DNA of 64,000 nt, from sequence record LC819008.1; one strand, written 5' to 3'. The notes beneath the pieces are model-generated. The model did not search any database and was not told the DNA's origin. It saw nothing but the letters and a program-made list of their open reading frames with translations. The translations under genes and the position numbers were made by a program. Each line of letters opens with the position of its first letter. Position 1 is the stretch's first letter. This document shows positions 47,647 to 57,772 of the stretch, piece after piece.

Positions 47647-49278
47647 TTAACGACGGTAGTAACGGTCACGCCGATCGTAACGATCATCCCGATCATCGTA
47701 ATCGCGATCGCGACGAGCGCGGTCACGGATGTCGCGGATACCACGACGACGATCATTGCGATCGTAATCACGGTCATCATAGTCACGTTCACGGCGGCGA
47801 CCATAACGCTCGCTGCTACGTTCTTCATCGCGCAGTGCATCACGCAATGCCGGATTATCTTCGAAGATATCTCCGGTACGTTCGCGGCGACGATCGTCAT
47901 AGTCACGATCATCACGGCGATCGCGATCACGCCGGCGGTCATCACGATCGTAATCACGATCGCGCGAACGACGGTCATCGTAATCACGCTCACGGCGACG
48001 TTCACGCAGTTCGCGTTCTTCTTCTTCGCGACGCTCGCGTTCGAGCCGTTCTTCACGTTCACGCAACTCACGCTCACGCCGTTCGAGTTCACGACGTTCA
48101 CGATCTGCTGCGCTGCGGGCTTCACGTTCGCTCGTAACTGCCCGATCAGTACCGGAAGCCTCGCGGGTTCTGTCGGGCAGTGCTTTTCCCAGCGTTTCAC
48201 CGGTCGACACGGGAGCCGGAGCACCCAGAACCATACGACCACGCGGAGCCGAGGAAGATACAGAAGTCGATGTCGCGCCGAGAACAGGACGTTCACGACG
48301 GACTTCATCAGCACGACCCATATCGCGTTCTTCACGACGAGGTTCGCGACGAACTTCCTCTTCCTTCTCACGATCCATTTCTTCCCCAGCTTCGTTGGAG
48401 TTGAGAGCAGGAATCGTGCGAGCGAGCTTTTCGACCATGTCCTTGCTGTCGAAGATTTCCTTCCAGGTCCCGAGGTCTTCCGGGAACGTCAGGATTTCCG
48501 GCAGATCGACGATACCCATGTAGGGCTGCGCCGTTTCCACCAGAGCGTCAACGACATTCAGAACCGAACGCACGAGCGACTCGATGAACGGAGCCGAACG
48601 CGAGTTGATGCCGACATTGAAGAATTCCGGATCTGCGAGCAGAGTCGGGAACACGAATTCGTAGAGCTTGATCAGCATCTCGCGGTTCTTGTTCGTCAAC
48701 TTCACACCGTTGATCGGTTCCTTCTCCGGCTTCTTCAGGCTTTCGTAGATCGGGAACGTGACGATACCTGCACGGCCATACGTCACGCCCTTCACCACAC
48801 CACCACGCTTGATGAAGATGTTGATGAACATGTCCGCATTGTTGCGGGACTTCGTCGACTTCTGAATCGATTCGAAATCCTTCACGAGCGATGCATCGCA
48901 CTTCGACAGCGCGTTCAGAACTTGCGACTGTTCGGTCGACAGGTTCTTCTGGTTGTCTTGATCGTACGCGATCGCAATGAGCTCCTTCATCAGGTAAGCG
49001 ATCGACGCATTCAGACGTTGAACGAACTGGTCACGCAACGTGGCCACCATGTCACTGATGCCCAGGTTGAATGCTTCGCGCAGCGGATGGAAGCCCACGC
49101 GAGTTTTCCAGTTTTGATTCTTCATCTGCTCCCGGGTGGGCAGAACAACCCGCTTGCCATCGATGGTGGCAGGCATCAGTTGATCGCCGAGCTTCACCGA
49201 CACGTTCCCTTCTTCGTCGGCAACCATCCACCCCAGGTCCAGCAGAATCTTGTAATAATCGATGATCTTATCACGCAT
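47647..49278 (-). CDS. Conserved core protein (phiKZ gp70 position) with long Arg/Asp/Glu mixed-charge C-terminal tail
   Basis: Synteny between the gp69-position gene and RNAP beta; about 160-aa RE/RD/Y low-complexity tail. Confidence 0.65.
   Translation of the reverse strand: MRDKIIDYYKILLDLGWMVADEEGNVSVKLGDQLMPATIDGKRVVLPTREQMKNQNWKTRVGFHPLREAFNLGISDMVATLRDQFVQRLNASIAYLMKELIAIAYDQDNQKNLSTEQSQVLNALSKCDASLVKDFESIQKSTKSRNNADMFINIFIKRGGVVKGVTYGRAGIVTFPIYESLKKPEKEPINGVKLTNKNREMLIKLYEFVFPTLLADPEFFNVGINSRSAPFIESLVRSVLNVVDALVETAQPYMGIVDLPEILTFPEDLGTWKEIFDSKDMVEKLARTIPALNSNEAGEEMDREKEEEVRREPRREERDMGRADEVRRERPVLGATSTSVSSSAPRGRMVLGAPAPVSTGETLGKALPDRTREASGTDRAVTSEREARSAADRERRELERRERELREREERLERERREEEERELRERRRERDYDDRRSRDRDYDRDDRRRDRDRRDDRDYDDRRRERTGDIFEDNPALRDALRDEERSSERYGRRRERDYDDRDYDRNDRRRGIRDIRDRARRDRDYDDRDDRYDRRDRYYRR
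47650..48130 (-). repeat. Coding low-complexity repeats (RDYDDR, RERRE units)
   Basis: Degenerate cgatcgtaatcacg-type repeats encoding DRDYDD and RERRE. Confidence 0.75.
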
Positions 49279-49291
49279 TTTTTAATTTACC

Positions 49292-50749
49292 TTAATAGCT
49301 GTAACCACGACCCGAACCACCAGCGCCCATTCCAGTTGTCGAAAGGATTTCATCGAACAGGCTATTGTAGTCACGAGCCACGTCGCGGACGTCTTGCCGA
49401 CTGTTGGTCAGAATCGGAGACGTGAGAGAATTGCAGAAGCAAGGGAACACATAACGGCCATGATTCTCGCCATCATAGAACAGCTTGAAGTCGATTTCCC
49501 CGAACACACGGCACTTCACTTGCAAACCGATCGATACGCGATCTTCTGCGGTAATCGGGAACATCAGTTCGTCGAGCAGACGATCTTCGAACTGGTCCAC
49601 GAACCAGCTGAGGTCCACGTCACGCACGAACGACTTCGCAGTCGTCGGAATGAATTCAAACGGAGCCTCATGAGACGCCGTCTGATTGTGAACCTGGAAG
49701 TCCAGCCGATGCAGACCGGTTTCCATCATCAGAGCCGGAACTGCAACCTGAATCAAGGCTGCGATCTTGTCCCATTCTTCGCCGCCGTTCAGGTCGTTCG
49801 AATCGACGTGATACTCGGTCATTGCCTTCGATTCGTTGTCGAACAGCTTCGTTTCCGTACGGCGCTCTGCTTCCGGATCGATATACAGCAGGTCGCGGAA
49901 CGTGAAGTTGTCGGTGGTGGTCGACAGATTGCGAGCATTCGAAATTGCACGCAGGAATACGTCGTCCGTGGCATATGCTTCTTGCACATAGCCTTGAGCC
50001 GTCGCATTCACGTCGAGTACGGATCCACCAAACTCCGTGTTGTCGATTGCCTTGCGGCGCGATTCGAGAACCTTCGACATGTAACGCGAACCGATACGAT
50101 TCGAGGTCGACGACTTCACCGAGTTCTTCGACAGCGTCACGCGCAGATCGGTGAGGTCTTCCACGAGCTCACCAGTTTGTTCCGCGTCGAGCGACGAATA
50201 GATATCTTCCGGCCGCATCGTGTACAGCTTGTCGCTACGACGACGCAGGCCAGCATTCTCACGATCGGACAGAACATCCGCTGCGCGAGCCGGCATGAAC
50301 GTACGCTGATAGCCTCCGCGGCCATCCGGAATCATACGTTCTTCGAGCATGAACGTATTGTTGACATAGAACTCCATGTCATGATCCACGTTACGTGTGG
50401 TGAAGCCGACCGAGTTGGTATAACCCATCACGACCTGCTTCAGTTTGTCGCCGGTTCCGATCTGGATTTCCAGCGTCAGGATAAAACGGCCACGCCGAGC
50501 ATCCCAGCCATTCGGGACATCGATGATGCCACGAGTGTGGAACGACGGAACCATGAACTGGTTTGCAATCTGTGCCAGCATCGACGGCGTGAAGCGCCTG
50601 GACTTTTGGTAACGCTCTTCGACACTGTCGAGGAGTGTACCGCTGAAATGGGTTTCATACGGACGGAGGAACTGATCCTGAAACGTAGCCGACTCAGCGA
50701 TGATCAGCTCTTCAACGAAAATCTTGATGTCTTGACGACCTTGGCGCAT
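49292..50749 (-). CDS. picA: Phage-nucleus protein import factor candidate (phiKZ gp69 / PicA / Imp1 position)
   Basis: 485 aa directly downstream of the gp68-position gene; N-terminal ESATFQDQFLRPY; by synteny. Confidence 0.55.
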   Translation of the reverse strand: MRQGRQDIKIFVEELIIAESATFQDQFLRPYETHFSGTLLDSVEERYQKSRRFTPSMLAQIANQFMVPSFHTRGIIDVPNGWDARRGRFILTLEIQIGTGDKLKQVVMGYTNSVGFTTRNVDHDMEFYVNNTFMLEERMIPDGRGGYQRTFMPARAADVLSDRENAGLRRRSDKLYTMRPEDIYSSLDAEQTGELVEDLTDLRVTLSKNSVKSSTSNRIGSRYMSKVLESRRKAIDNTEFGGSVLDVNATAQGYVQEAYATDDVFLRAISNARNLSTTTDNFTFRDLLYIDPEAERRTETKLFDNESKAMTEYHVDSNDLNGGEEWDKIAALIQVAVPALMMETGLHRLDFQVHNQTASHEAPFEFIPTTAKSFVRDVDLSWFVDQFEDRLLDELMFPITAEDRVSIGLQVKCRVFGEIDFKLFYDGENHGRYVFPCFCNSLTSPILTNSRQDVRDVARDYNSLFDEILSTTGMGAGGSGRGYSY

Positions 50750-50766
50750 TTCTTTAGCCCTCTATT

Positions 50767-52338
50767 TTAAAAAGTGTACAACGAAATGAACTGTTCATTC
50801 CGCCCTTGCACGTAAATGGCATAGTCTGCCAATCTGTTCCGAATGTCGTACCCCACTCGGAATGTTTTGTTTACCGCGCTGCCACGTTGGGCTGCGATTT
50901 GCTCCTCAGGCAGATTCAGGAACCACGTATGGTCAGACAGAGCCTGAGCCAATTCCATGATTTCATTCACCGCATCGTTGTTGGGCTTCACCGCCTTTTT
51001 CGTCGGATGACGACGGTAGTACGGATAAAGCTCATTGAGTTTGTCGATTTTGTCCTTCGTGATGTGGGCACGGGACTCCTGGCTATACGAACCATATCCT
51101 TCCGCATTCATGCTGCGTGCAGTCGGGATACCGGCCAGATCCTTGAAATCGGTATTCCACAGAACGAACTGCGCAACACCAGCAAGCCGCAAGATGCTCG
51201 ACTTGTTGATATCCCACAACGCCCGTGGACTGACGATCGGATTGACCACCCACTGAATCATGCGGATCTGGCATTCTTCGAGTACGTTGGTCGACATCGT
51301 TTCAGCCGAGTCCATTGCCCTTTCGAGTTCAGCGAGTTGCTCTTCGGACAATTCGTTTTGAAGCAGCAATCGCGCAGCGATCTCGGGATAATACTCGGTC
51401 CACTTCTCGATCGCCGTGAACTCACCCGGAGGCACCAGGGGTTTGTTCTTGTACTTCTCCGCACGAGACGAGGAGTCTTCACTCGAATCATCTTCGTTCG
51501 GATTGATCTTTTCAAGGATCGCGTTCTGATGGCTGTCGTTTTGCGAGAGCCGATTGCGAAGCGTCTTGTGGATGATCTGCACCAGATGCGTATCCGACGG
51601 ATGTCGCGTGAAGCTTGCGATCACCAGGAAGCGCACGAGAATGTTCGCTACCAGGTTCGTCTGAAACACATCGGAACCAATCCCGTCGATCGAAGAACGA
51701 ATGTTGATGTCGTCCTGCTTGACGTTCTTCGCCACATAGTGGTTCAGACGCTGCATTGCCGGAGACTCTTCGATCGAAGTCTTCGAGATCGTGAAATACG
51801 TATTCAGATCCCTGAACGTCGGCCCAGATTCCTTCTTGGTGATTTCTGCGAACTCGCCCCAGATCGGTGCGATTGAGCGCAACTTGATCACCATGAACAC
51901 GAGTTCCCAATAGTCAGCGACCAGATAAGTCTGCTCGCGACTGCCAGGTTTCTCGTGAGTGAACTTGTACTCCACATCCAGATCTTCAGGAATCCAGATG
52001 CCGCCATGATACCGAGTCCAACGCTCGAAATCTTCCGTGTCATGGATATTGATAATCTCATTGACAATCGGACGAAGCTGAAGGATCAGCGGATTGACGT
52101 TGAACGTCTCGTTGAAGATGTTCTTTGCCTGGCGATACAGATCGAAGATTTTGTCCTGAAGTTCGATATCGATCCGAGCCCAGTACTTATTGATTTGCTG
52201 AAACGGTTCGTACGTTCCTTTCTTAAAAGCTTGTCCATAAACCCCACCATTGAACTCCAGGGTTTCCCCGCGGTGTTCGATGAGAATCATCCCGCTTCCA
52301 GCGACGCCTGCGTGTTGGAATTTCGCTTGCATCGACAC
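50767..52338 (-). CDS. Non-virion RNAP promoter-specificity subunit candidate (phiKZ gp68 position)
   Basis: 523 aa helical protein; synteny; own early-type promoter. Confidence 0.6.
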   Translation of the reverse strand: MSMQAKFQHAGVAGSGMILIEHRGETLEFNGGVYGQAFKKGTYEPFQQINKYWARIDIELQDKIFDLYRQAKNIFNETFNVNPLILQLRPIVNEIINIHDTEDFERWTRYHGGIWIPEDLDVEYKFTHEKPGSREQTYLVADYWELVFMVIKLRSIAPIWGEFAEITKKESGPTFRDLNTYFTISKTSIEESPAMQRLNHYVAKNVKQDDINIRSSIDGIGSDVFQTNLVANILVRFLVIASFTRHPSDTHLVQIIHKTLRNRLSQNDSHQNAILEKINPNEDDSSEDSSSRAEKYKNKPLVPPGEFTAIEKWTEYYPEIAARLLLQNELSEEQLAELERAMDSAETMSTNVLEECQIRMIQWVVNPIVSPRALWDINKSSILRLAGVAQFVLWNTDFKDLAGIPTARSMNAEGYGSYSQESRAHITKDKIDKLNELYPYYRRHPTKKAVKPNNDAVNEIMELAQALSDHTWFLNLPEEQIAAQRGSAVNKTFRVGYDIRNRLADYAIYVQGRNEQFISLYTF

Positions 52339-52371
52339 TCCTTTTAAAAATTTCTTAGCTAATACAATCGA

Positions 52372-52380
52372 ATGATATAT
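52372..52380 (-). promoter_or_regulatory. Putative early promoter motif ATATATCAT
   Basis: About 35-40 nt upstream of the gp68-position gene, downstream of a terminator. Confidence 0.55.
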
Positions 52381-52408
52381 TTGTTCGTTTTGTTTAAATG
52401 AGGGTTTT

Positions 52409-52436
52409 CACATGGGTGGCCGAAGCCACCCATGTG
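52409..52436. terminator. Hairpin terminator, 12-bp stem, UUCG loop on minus strand
   Basis: cacatgggtggc-cgaa-gccacccatgtg. Confidence 0.75.
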
Positions 52437-52457
52437 TTATGTTTACGAGGTTACTGC

Positions 52458-53225
52458 TTAAAACGAGATGTCGTCGAAATCGGAACCGCCTCCGCCGAAG
52501 CCGCCACCCGATGATTCGCCATCGCTGTCGTTACTGCCACCACCCCAGCCACCACCACCACCGCCGTTGCCACCACGGTTGTAATTGCCGCCACCGCCGT
52601 TACCGCCACCGCGGTTGTAACCACCGCCGCCGCCATTGCCGCCCGGCGTCTTCGGTTCCGGATGCTTGTACGTTGCCACCGACACATGCACGACGATACG
52701 CGACACGAGGTTGTAGAACGCACGTGCTGCGAACACCGAGACTTCTGCTTCCGACATCGGCTGATCGGCGCGAGCCAGATGGTGCCAGTACGTCGGTGCG
52801 AACGGGAAGTAGATCTGCGGGCGGCCTTGCTTCAGCAGGTCTTCGACCATGATGTACACGACACCACCCGGATTCTTGCCGACTTCCACGCGAGCGATGT
52901 TCGACTTCTTCTTGTCGGCGCCGACCGGTGCCTGGCAGAACGTGCTGTACTTGACCGGTTCTTTCGATTCGGTCGCCGACTTCAACTGTTCGAGCATGAT
53001 CTGCAGATCGACGATGCCGAACTTCGCCTGGATCCGGCCGAAGTTGTTGTCCTTGTCGTTGGGGTCACGGGTGTAAACTGTGATGCCGGGGTTGTCGTTG
53101 TTGGCGTAGAAGTGCAGTTCCGAGAAACCCTTTACGCCCTTGACGGGACAAGGGGTCGAAAGCACGATGCGCTTCGAATCCAGCAGATTCTTGTCGCGCG
53201 CCTTGGGTTTGAAGTCACCAGCCAT
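52458..53225 (-). CDS. Putative single-stranded nucleic-acid-binding protein with Gly-rich linker and acidic tip
   Basis: Beta-rich N-domain, GGNGGGGYNR repeats, C-terminus SDFDDISF; GAGG RBS. Confidence 0.55.
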   Translation of the reverse strand: MAGDFKPKARDKNLLDSKRIVLSTPCPVKGVKGFSELHFYANNDNPGITVYTRDPNDKDNNFGRIQAKFGIVDLQIMLEQLKSATESKEPVKYSTFCQAPVGADKKKSNIARVEVGKNPGGVVYIMVEDLLKQGRPQIYFPFAPTYWHHLARADQPMSEAEVSVFAARAFYNLVSRIVVHVSVATYKHPEPKTPGGNGGGGGYNRGGGNGGGGNYNRGGNGGGGGGWGGGSNDSDGESSGGGFGGGGSDFDDISF

Positions 53226-53287
53226 GGTTGCCTCTTCTGAGAAAGTTGTTAGTCGTACTCCAGATCATGAGTAGACCTGGTAAAAGA

Positions 53288-54124
53288 TTACATCATGTCC
53301 TTCACGGTGTCACGGAAGAACGGGTTTTTCAGCTGATCCAGATTCATCCGGATACGGGCGTCAGTCGTCAACGCACTCCAGCCATATTTCGTTGCAAGTT
53401 CGACGATGTCTTTACGAAGCTTCGAATCCATCGGCGAGAAGAATTCCTTTTCACCAAAGATACGTGCAAAGTACTGGGTGAAAGGAATCATCGAGAGTTC
53501 TTTACCGTTGTTGAGTTTGGTGTACCACAACGAACGGTTCTTGATTGCTCCCGTATGCGATTCGATCAGGTCCAGTTCCTCGAAGGACTTATAGGACAAC
53601 AGATCCCACGCAATGTGTGTTTGGATCAGAAAGTTTCCATCCTTCTTATCCGGAGCAATGTCGGTATCGAATCCTTTTACGTAATCCTTACCGACATCAT
53701 CCAGGAATTGCTGAATGGATGCTTCCATGCGCTTGCGTTCTTCCACCTGCTTCGGCGTGATATCCGATTTGAAGATGGAGTGATGACGATAGCGCGTGTA
53801 GATGGCTTTATAATTGCAGAGGTACAAGGTCGGATCGATCTTGGTATCTGCAAGGACACGTTTCACTGCTTCCCATTCGTCATGCATGAGTTCTGCAATG
53901 ACGCCCGGCTTGAGCAGAATATTGATGTCAGCCGAGAAAGAGCCGACGATGTTTCGATAAAGCGTACGGGCGTTAAGCCAGTAATGGTTGTATTTCAGGT
54001 GAGGCGACTCATCCCACTTACGATCGGGATGGATGTTCATCAGGCTTTCGAGGGCCAGAGAAGTCGGTACATTCACCGGAAACTGACCACGCGCCATCTT
54101 CTCAGTGAATGTGAAGACGTTCAT
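53288..54124 (-). CDS. Conserved core hypothetical protein (possible nuclease fold)
   Basis: WLNARTLYRN, IQTHIAWDLL and LIESHTG motifs; start 54124 (M34) or later. Confidence 0.6.
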   Translation of the reverse strand: MNVFTFTEKMARGQFPVNVPTSLALESLMNIHPDRKWDESPHLKYNHYWLNARTLYRNIVGSFSADINILLKPGVIAELMHDEWEAVKRVLADTKIDPTLYLCNYKAIYTRYRHHSIFKSDITPKQVEERKRMEASIQQFLDDVGKDYVKGFDTDIAPDKKDGNFLIQTHIAWDLLSYKSFEELDLIESHTGAIKNRSLWYTKLNNGKELSMIPFTQYFARIFGEKEFFSPMDSKLRKDIVELATKYGWSALTTDARIRMNLDQLKNPFFRDTVKDMM

Positions 54125-54290
54125 TGTGTCCAAATTCCCAAATGGATGGATGCTATCAGCCCAGCTTCGCGTTTTGCCGGATGATTGTAAATGGTCGAAT
54201 GATTCAAAGCCAGCAGCGGCCAATCATTCTTCACGAAGGGATAAGTCCTCTTCTTAAACCACATCAGAGGCTGACCATTCATCATTTCAA

Positions 54291-54809
54291 TCATGACGTC
54301 CTCACAATGCTCTTGACCCACGCTTCGATGAACTTGTATTCGCCAATCGTGATGTCGGTCGGGAAGGTCGGGATACGACGAATCGACATTCCGCTAAGCA
54401 GCCGATAACCGCGATACTGAACCGACGGATCTCCGAAAGGATGTTTGTCACTGATCCCACGAGGAATCGAGTTCTTCGGCGAGAACCGCGACGGACCTTT
54501 CGGCGGACGCGGATACTTCTTGATCAGATCGCCGAGAACTTGAACTTGAATGTGATCGACGATCTTTTTCTGCCATTCTGTAAAGAAGGTCGACGGCAAC
54601 GACTTCCCGACATTACTCGGTCTTTCCATCTGAACCAATTGCCATTGTCCAGTCTCGGGATTGACTTCAGTCCCAAACCGCACTTTAGCCGGATCGATGT
54701 ACTCGCCGTTCGTGATCCATTCGACTTCGGGTTCAGGTTTGCTTTTGGGCAACGGCGCATGGCCGTTGCGTTTGAACTGATTGATATACGAAAAATTCGG
54801 ACCGCTCAT
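54291..54809 (-). CDS. Hypothetical Pro/Lys-rich protein, 172 aa
   Basis: GAGGA RBS. Confidence 0.6.
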   Translation of the reverse strand: MSGPNFSYINQFKRNGHAPLPKSKPEPEVEWITNGEYIDPAKVRFGTEVNPETGQWQLVQMERPSNVGKSLPSTFFTEWQKKIVDHIQVQVLGDLIKKYPRPPKGPSRFSPKNSIPRGISDKHPFGDPSVQYRGYRLLSGMSIRRIPTFPTDITIGEYKFIEAWVKSIVRTS

Positions 54810-54815
54810 GATTCC

Positions 54816-56012
54816 TCACATAACGGAAGCCATCAGTTCGTCAAAGTACTCACGCTCATCATCATTGTTAAGCGTAATTCCCAGACGTTCCATGATGATT
54901 GTTTTAATGTTCGACGAGTCGATAGTGAAAGGCACGTAATCAGCCTCGTCAGTAGTTTCTAACACAGTCGTCGTATCGACTTCTTCCTCATCCAGGACTT
55001 TCTTCGAGAAATGCAGGAAAGGATACAACGATTGGTACGTATCTATCGCAGCCAGAACTGGATGTCCACGACGAGCAGCAATCCTAACATGATTGTGAGG
55101 ACGAAGAGAATCGCAGGTGTGTAAGACCTGAAGGTGCGCCTTGTCGAGATCCTCGTCAACCTCAATTGTCTTGAAATCCATCGCATGTTCATTCACCTGA
55201 AACGTAGCAGTATACGAACCATCTCGGTTCACTGCTGCATGGACGAAGCCTTTAGGCGTTTCCATTCCATGCCGCTGACGATCTGGAGAGCCCTGAACGA
55301 TGATGCGACCCTCTCTACGGAACTCATGATCGTGTCCAATAAAGATCAGGTAGCGAACGATGTTTAGGTAAGCTTCCGAGCTATGGAACCGTGAGTGTCG
55401 ACCCACAGGAACCTGAAATTCGAAAAAGCCATGCATGATTGCGAAGTCCACTTTCTCAAGTGCTCGTGCTTCCATCATGTCCATGACTTGTCGGTAAGTA
55501 ACTTCGTCCGACGTATTCTTTTCATCAGGAATACAGAGAAGATGAATATCATACTTCTCGATGTATTCGATCGATACTTCCTTCACATAACGCAGTTCAC
55601 ACTTGTCTTCAGGATCAGCCGCATCATTGATGGCGACGAACAAGTGAGATTGTAGTCGGTCATGTGAGGGAGTTCCTTCCAGCACGACGACCGTGGTATC
55701 CGTCCTCGCACAACGAGCGAGTAAGCGACGGATCCACGATACGATAAACGGAACATCCCGATGGTTAACCGGGAGACCTCGATCGAAGACGTCACCGACG
55801 ATAAAGAGAATGTTGATTCCCTTCAAGAAGTCATACGTCAACATTGAATCGAGGCCCTTGACCATGAACTCGGCCGGATTAGACGGGCATCCCAGATGAA
55901 TATCCGAGATGCTCGCAACCTTAATCTGTGTCCAGTTCGTAGTCGCCGACGTCTGCAGTGTTTGCACTGCTGCTTCCACCGAGGTCGACAGCTTTGTCTT
56001 TGTTGGGGTCAT
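54816..56012 (-). CDS. sbcD: SbcD/Mre11-like metallophosphoesterase nuclease (start uncertain)
   Basis: SDIHLG, GDVFD, GTPSHD, MHG and GHDH motifs. Confidence 0.85.
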   Translation of the reverse strand: MTPTKTKLSTSVEAAVQTLQTSATTNWTQIKVASISDIHLGCPSNPAEFMVKGLDSMLTYDFLKGINILFIVGDVFDRGLPVNHRDVPFIVSWIRRLLARCARTDTTVVVLEGTPSHDRLQSHLFVAINDAADPEDKCELRYVKEVSIEYIEKYDIHLLCIPDEKNTSDEVTYRQVMDMMEARALEKVDFAIMHGFFEFQVPVGRHSRFHSSEAYLNIVRYLIFIGHDHEFRREGRIIVQGSPDRQRHGMETPKGFVHAAVNRDGSYTATFQVNEHAMDFKTIEVDEDLDKAHLQVLHTCDSLRPHNHVRIAARRGHPVLAAIDTYQSLYPFLHFSKKVLDEEEVDTTTVLETTDEADYVPFTIDSSNIKTIIMERLGITLNNDDEREYFDELMASVM

Positions 56013-56637
56013 TTTCGAGGAGATTCCCGAGATTCAGGATCTTGTCGTGCTTGCCGTAGCGTTCGAAGATCGCATTCCAGATACGCATGTTCGCGTAGAC
56101 TTGTTCAGTCGGCTTGTCCTTGATGTGCAGACCCGAAAGTTTCTTGTTCAGGAACTGCTGCGAAGCTGCCGCATCGAATTCCTTCAGACGCGAATAATGC
56201 CGCTCGATCAGCGTCATCGATTCGCCGCCCGGCTTCGACTGTTCGAGGATCGACGTATCGAAGAGTGGCGGAACCGTGAAGAGGATCTTGCCGTTTTCAT
56301 CGACGATGTCGACCGAAACCTTTTCACCACCAGCAACCTTTTCGAGCCAGGTGCGGTAGTTCACTTCTGCGGTTGGCTGGACTTCACCAGCGAAGAGCGG
56401 CAGGAAGTGTTCGACGAAGAGCGTTTCCGGGAACTGCGAGTTCTGCTCGATTTGCGTGAGCGAGTTCGCAATGCCGCGGATGTCGATACCGATGCCCATC
56501 CGGCGTTGTTGCTGGAAGTTGGCAAAGACCTTCATCGCTTCTTGCTGGCGCGGATGAGGCTGAGCAACATCGGTTTGAGGTTCCGGCACACGGGAAGTCG
56601 TGCCATCCAGTTTGTTGTCGAGTTCGCGTTGGTTCAT
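55921..56637 (-). CDS. Conserved core hypothetical protein, 238 aa
   Basis: AGGAAG RBS; FVEHFLPLF and LFTVPPLF motifs; overlaps both neighbours. Confidence 0.65.
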   Translation of the reverse strand: MNQRELDNKLDGTTSRVPEPQTDVAQPHPRQQEAMKVFANFQQQRRMGIGIDIRGIANSLTQIEQNSQFPETLFVEHFLPLFAGEVQPTAEVNYRTWLEKVAGGEKVSVDIVDENGKILFTVPPLFDTSILEQSKPGGESMTLIERHYSRLKEFDAAASQQFLNKKLSGLHIKDKPTEQVYANMRIWNAIFERYGKHDKILNLGNLLENDPNKDKAVDLGGSSSANTADVGDYELDTD

Positions 56638-57050
56638 GTTGGGCTTCCTGTTGCATCGACGTTATAGATGCGCTGGACTTGAGTGCCCAGCAGGTCAATA
56701 GCTCTCGACAGATCGTGGCGAATACCCTGATCGTCGACGAAGCTACATCCTATCGTAATCGTCAATGAAGTATTATCGTTCGGATCAGTTTGAGCAACAT
56801 TGCAATCCATCTGCACGTTGGTAAACTGGGTGGAGAAATACGTGTTCAGATACGCATTCAGATTGGACGTAAGCTCGCCATCCGAAGTCGAATCTGCTAT
56901 CAGTGACTGATACGACGTCACGTTCAGCTTGTCTTTATAGAACTGCGTCTGGCTCTTCTGTGTCGTAAAGAAGTGTGCCAGCATGTAGTCTGCTTTTTCG
57001 AGCGGGTTCGACACGAACCCGCTCGGGGAATAAGTCGGAAGCAAAGCCAT
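56634..57050 (-). CDS. Conserved core protein, 138 aa (start MALLPT at 57050)
   Basis: GGGA RBS; synteny in the chimallin block. Confidence 0.6.
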   Translation of the reverse strand: MALLPTYSPSGFVSNPLEKADYMLAHFFTTQKSQTQFYKDKLNVTSYQSLIADSTSDGELTSNLNAYLNTYFSTQFTNVQMDCNVAQTDPNDNTSLTITIGCSFVDDQGIRHDLSRAIDLLGTQVQRIYNVDATGSPT

Positions 57051-57076
57051 TTTCAGATCCCGAAAACAAAAAAAAA

Positions 57077-57103
57077 TATGGTCAGGGATTTCCCCTGACC
57101 ATA
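57077..57103. terminator. Hairpin terminator, 11-bp stem with U tract on minus strand
   Basis: tatggtcaggg-atttc-ccctgaccata preceded by an A tract. Confidence 0.7.
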
Positions 57104-57112
57104 CTCCGAACA

Positions 57113-57772
57113 TTACATGTTCTCGTTCAACACCGAAGTCGGATCTTTCTTCTTCGCCGCATAATGCGCTTCAAGCACATCCCACGTCGAGATGATGTCG
57201 CCCTGTTCGATTACGTCGAGATCCCGTTCATCAACGGAATCGTTCATATCCGAATAGAGGACAAATGCGTCTTCGCCTTCACCGAGGCGATTGAAGTCAT
57301 TCTTGATGCCGTGACGATCTTCCGTCCAGATGACACCATCAATGACACGCATAAAGTCCGGGTCATCAAACCCACGTCGTTCGGGATAGCGATTGCGATA
57401 ACTGTCCGAATACCCATCGATTGCCTGCTGTTCATGCAGGATTCTCGACATGATATTAGCCATGAGATAGCGTTGCATCACAGGCTTTGCGTTCTGGATG
57501 GATTCGATCGTCGACAACGGTCGGATCACATCTTTACGCATCGGGTCAGCAGTCTGACGAACACGTGCTCGAATACGACGCAGTGCTCGCTCGCCATTAT
57601 ATCGATCAAACGCTTCACGCGAATCCTCAAAGAACCCATTGAAGAGTTCACTGATTCTCGGCGCATAGCGTTCGACACGATCTCTCAGATAACTGAGAGT
57701 TCCCTGATGGGGTTCTCCAAACAATTCGGCGTCGATATCCTCTTCACTGATATAACCGCCTCTGATTCCCAT
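57113..57772 (-). CDS. Conserved core hypothetical protein, 219 aa
   Basis: Coupled to RNAP beta' (TAATG); LFGEPHQGTLSYL and QRYLMAN motifs. Confidence 0.65.
   Translation of the reverse strand: MGIRGGYISEEDIDAELFGEPHQGTLSYLRDRVERYAPRISELFNGFFEDSREAFDRYNGERALRRIRARVRQTADPMRKDVIRPLSTIESIQNAKPVMQRYLMANIMSRILHEQQAIDGYSDSYRNRYPERRGFDDPDFMRVIDGVIWTEDRHGIKNDFNRLGEGEDAFVLYSDMNDSVDERDLDVIEQGDIISTWDVLEAHYAAKKKDPTSVLNENM

Noticed and set aside
47637-48371. Alternative-frame 244-aa ORF and possible CRISPR-like repeats
   Set aside because: The repeats are degenerate codon repeats of the RD/RE tail, with no constant repeat-spacer periodicity and no cas genes
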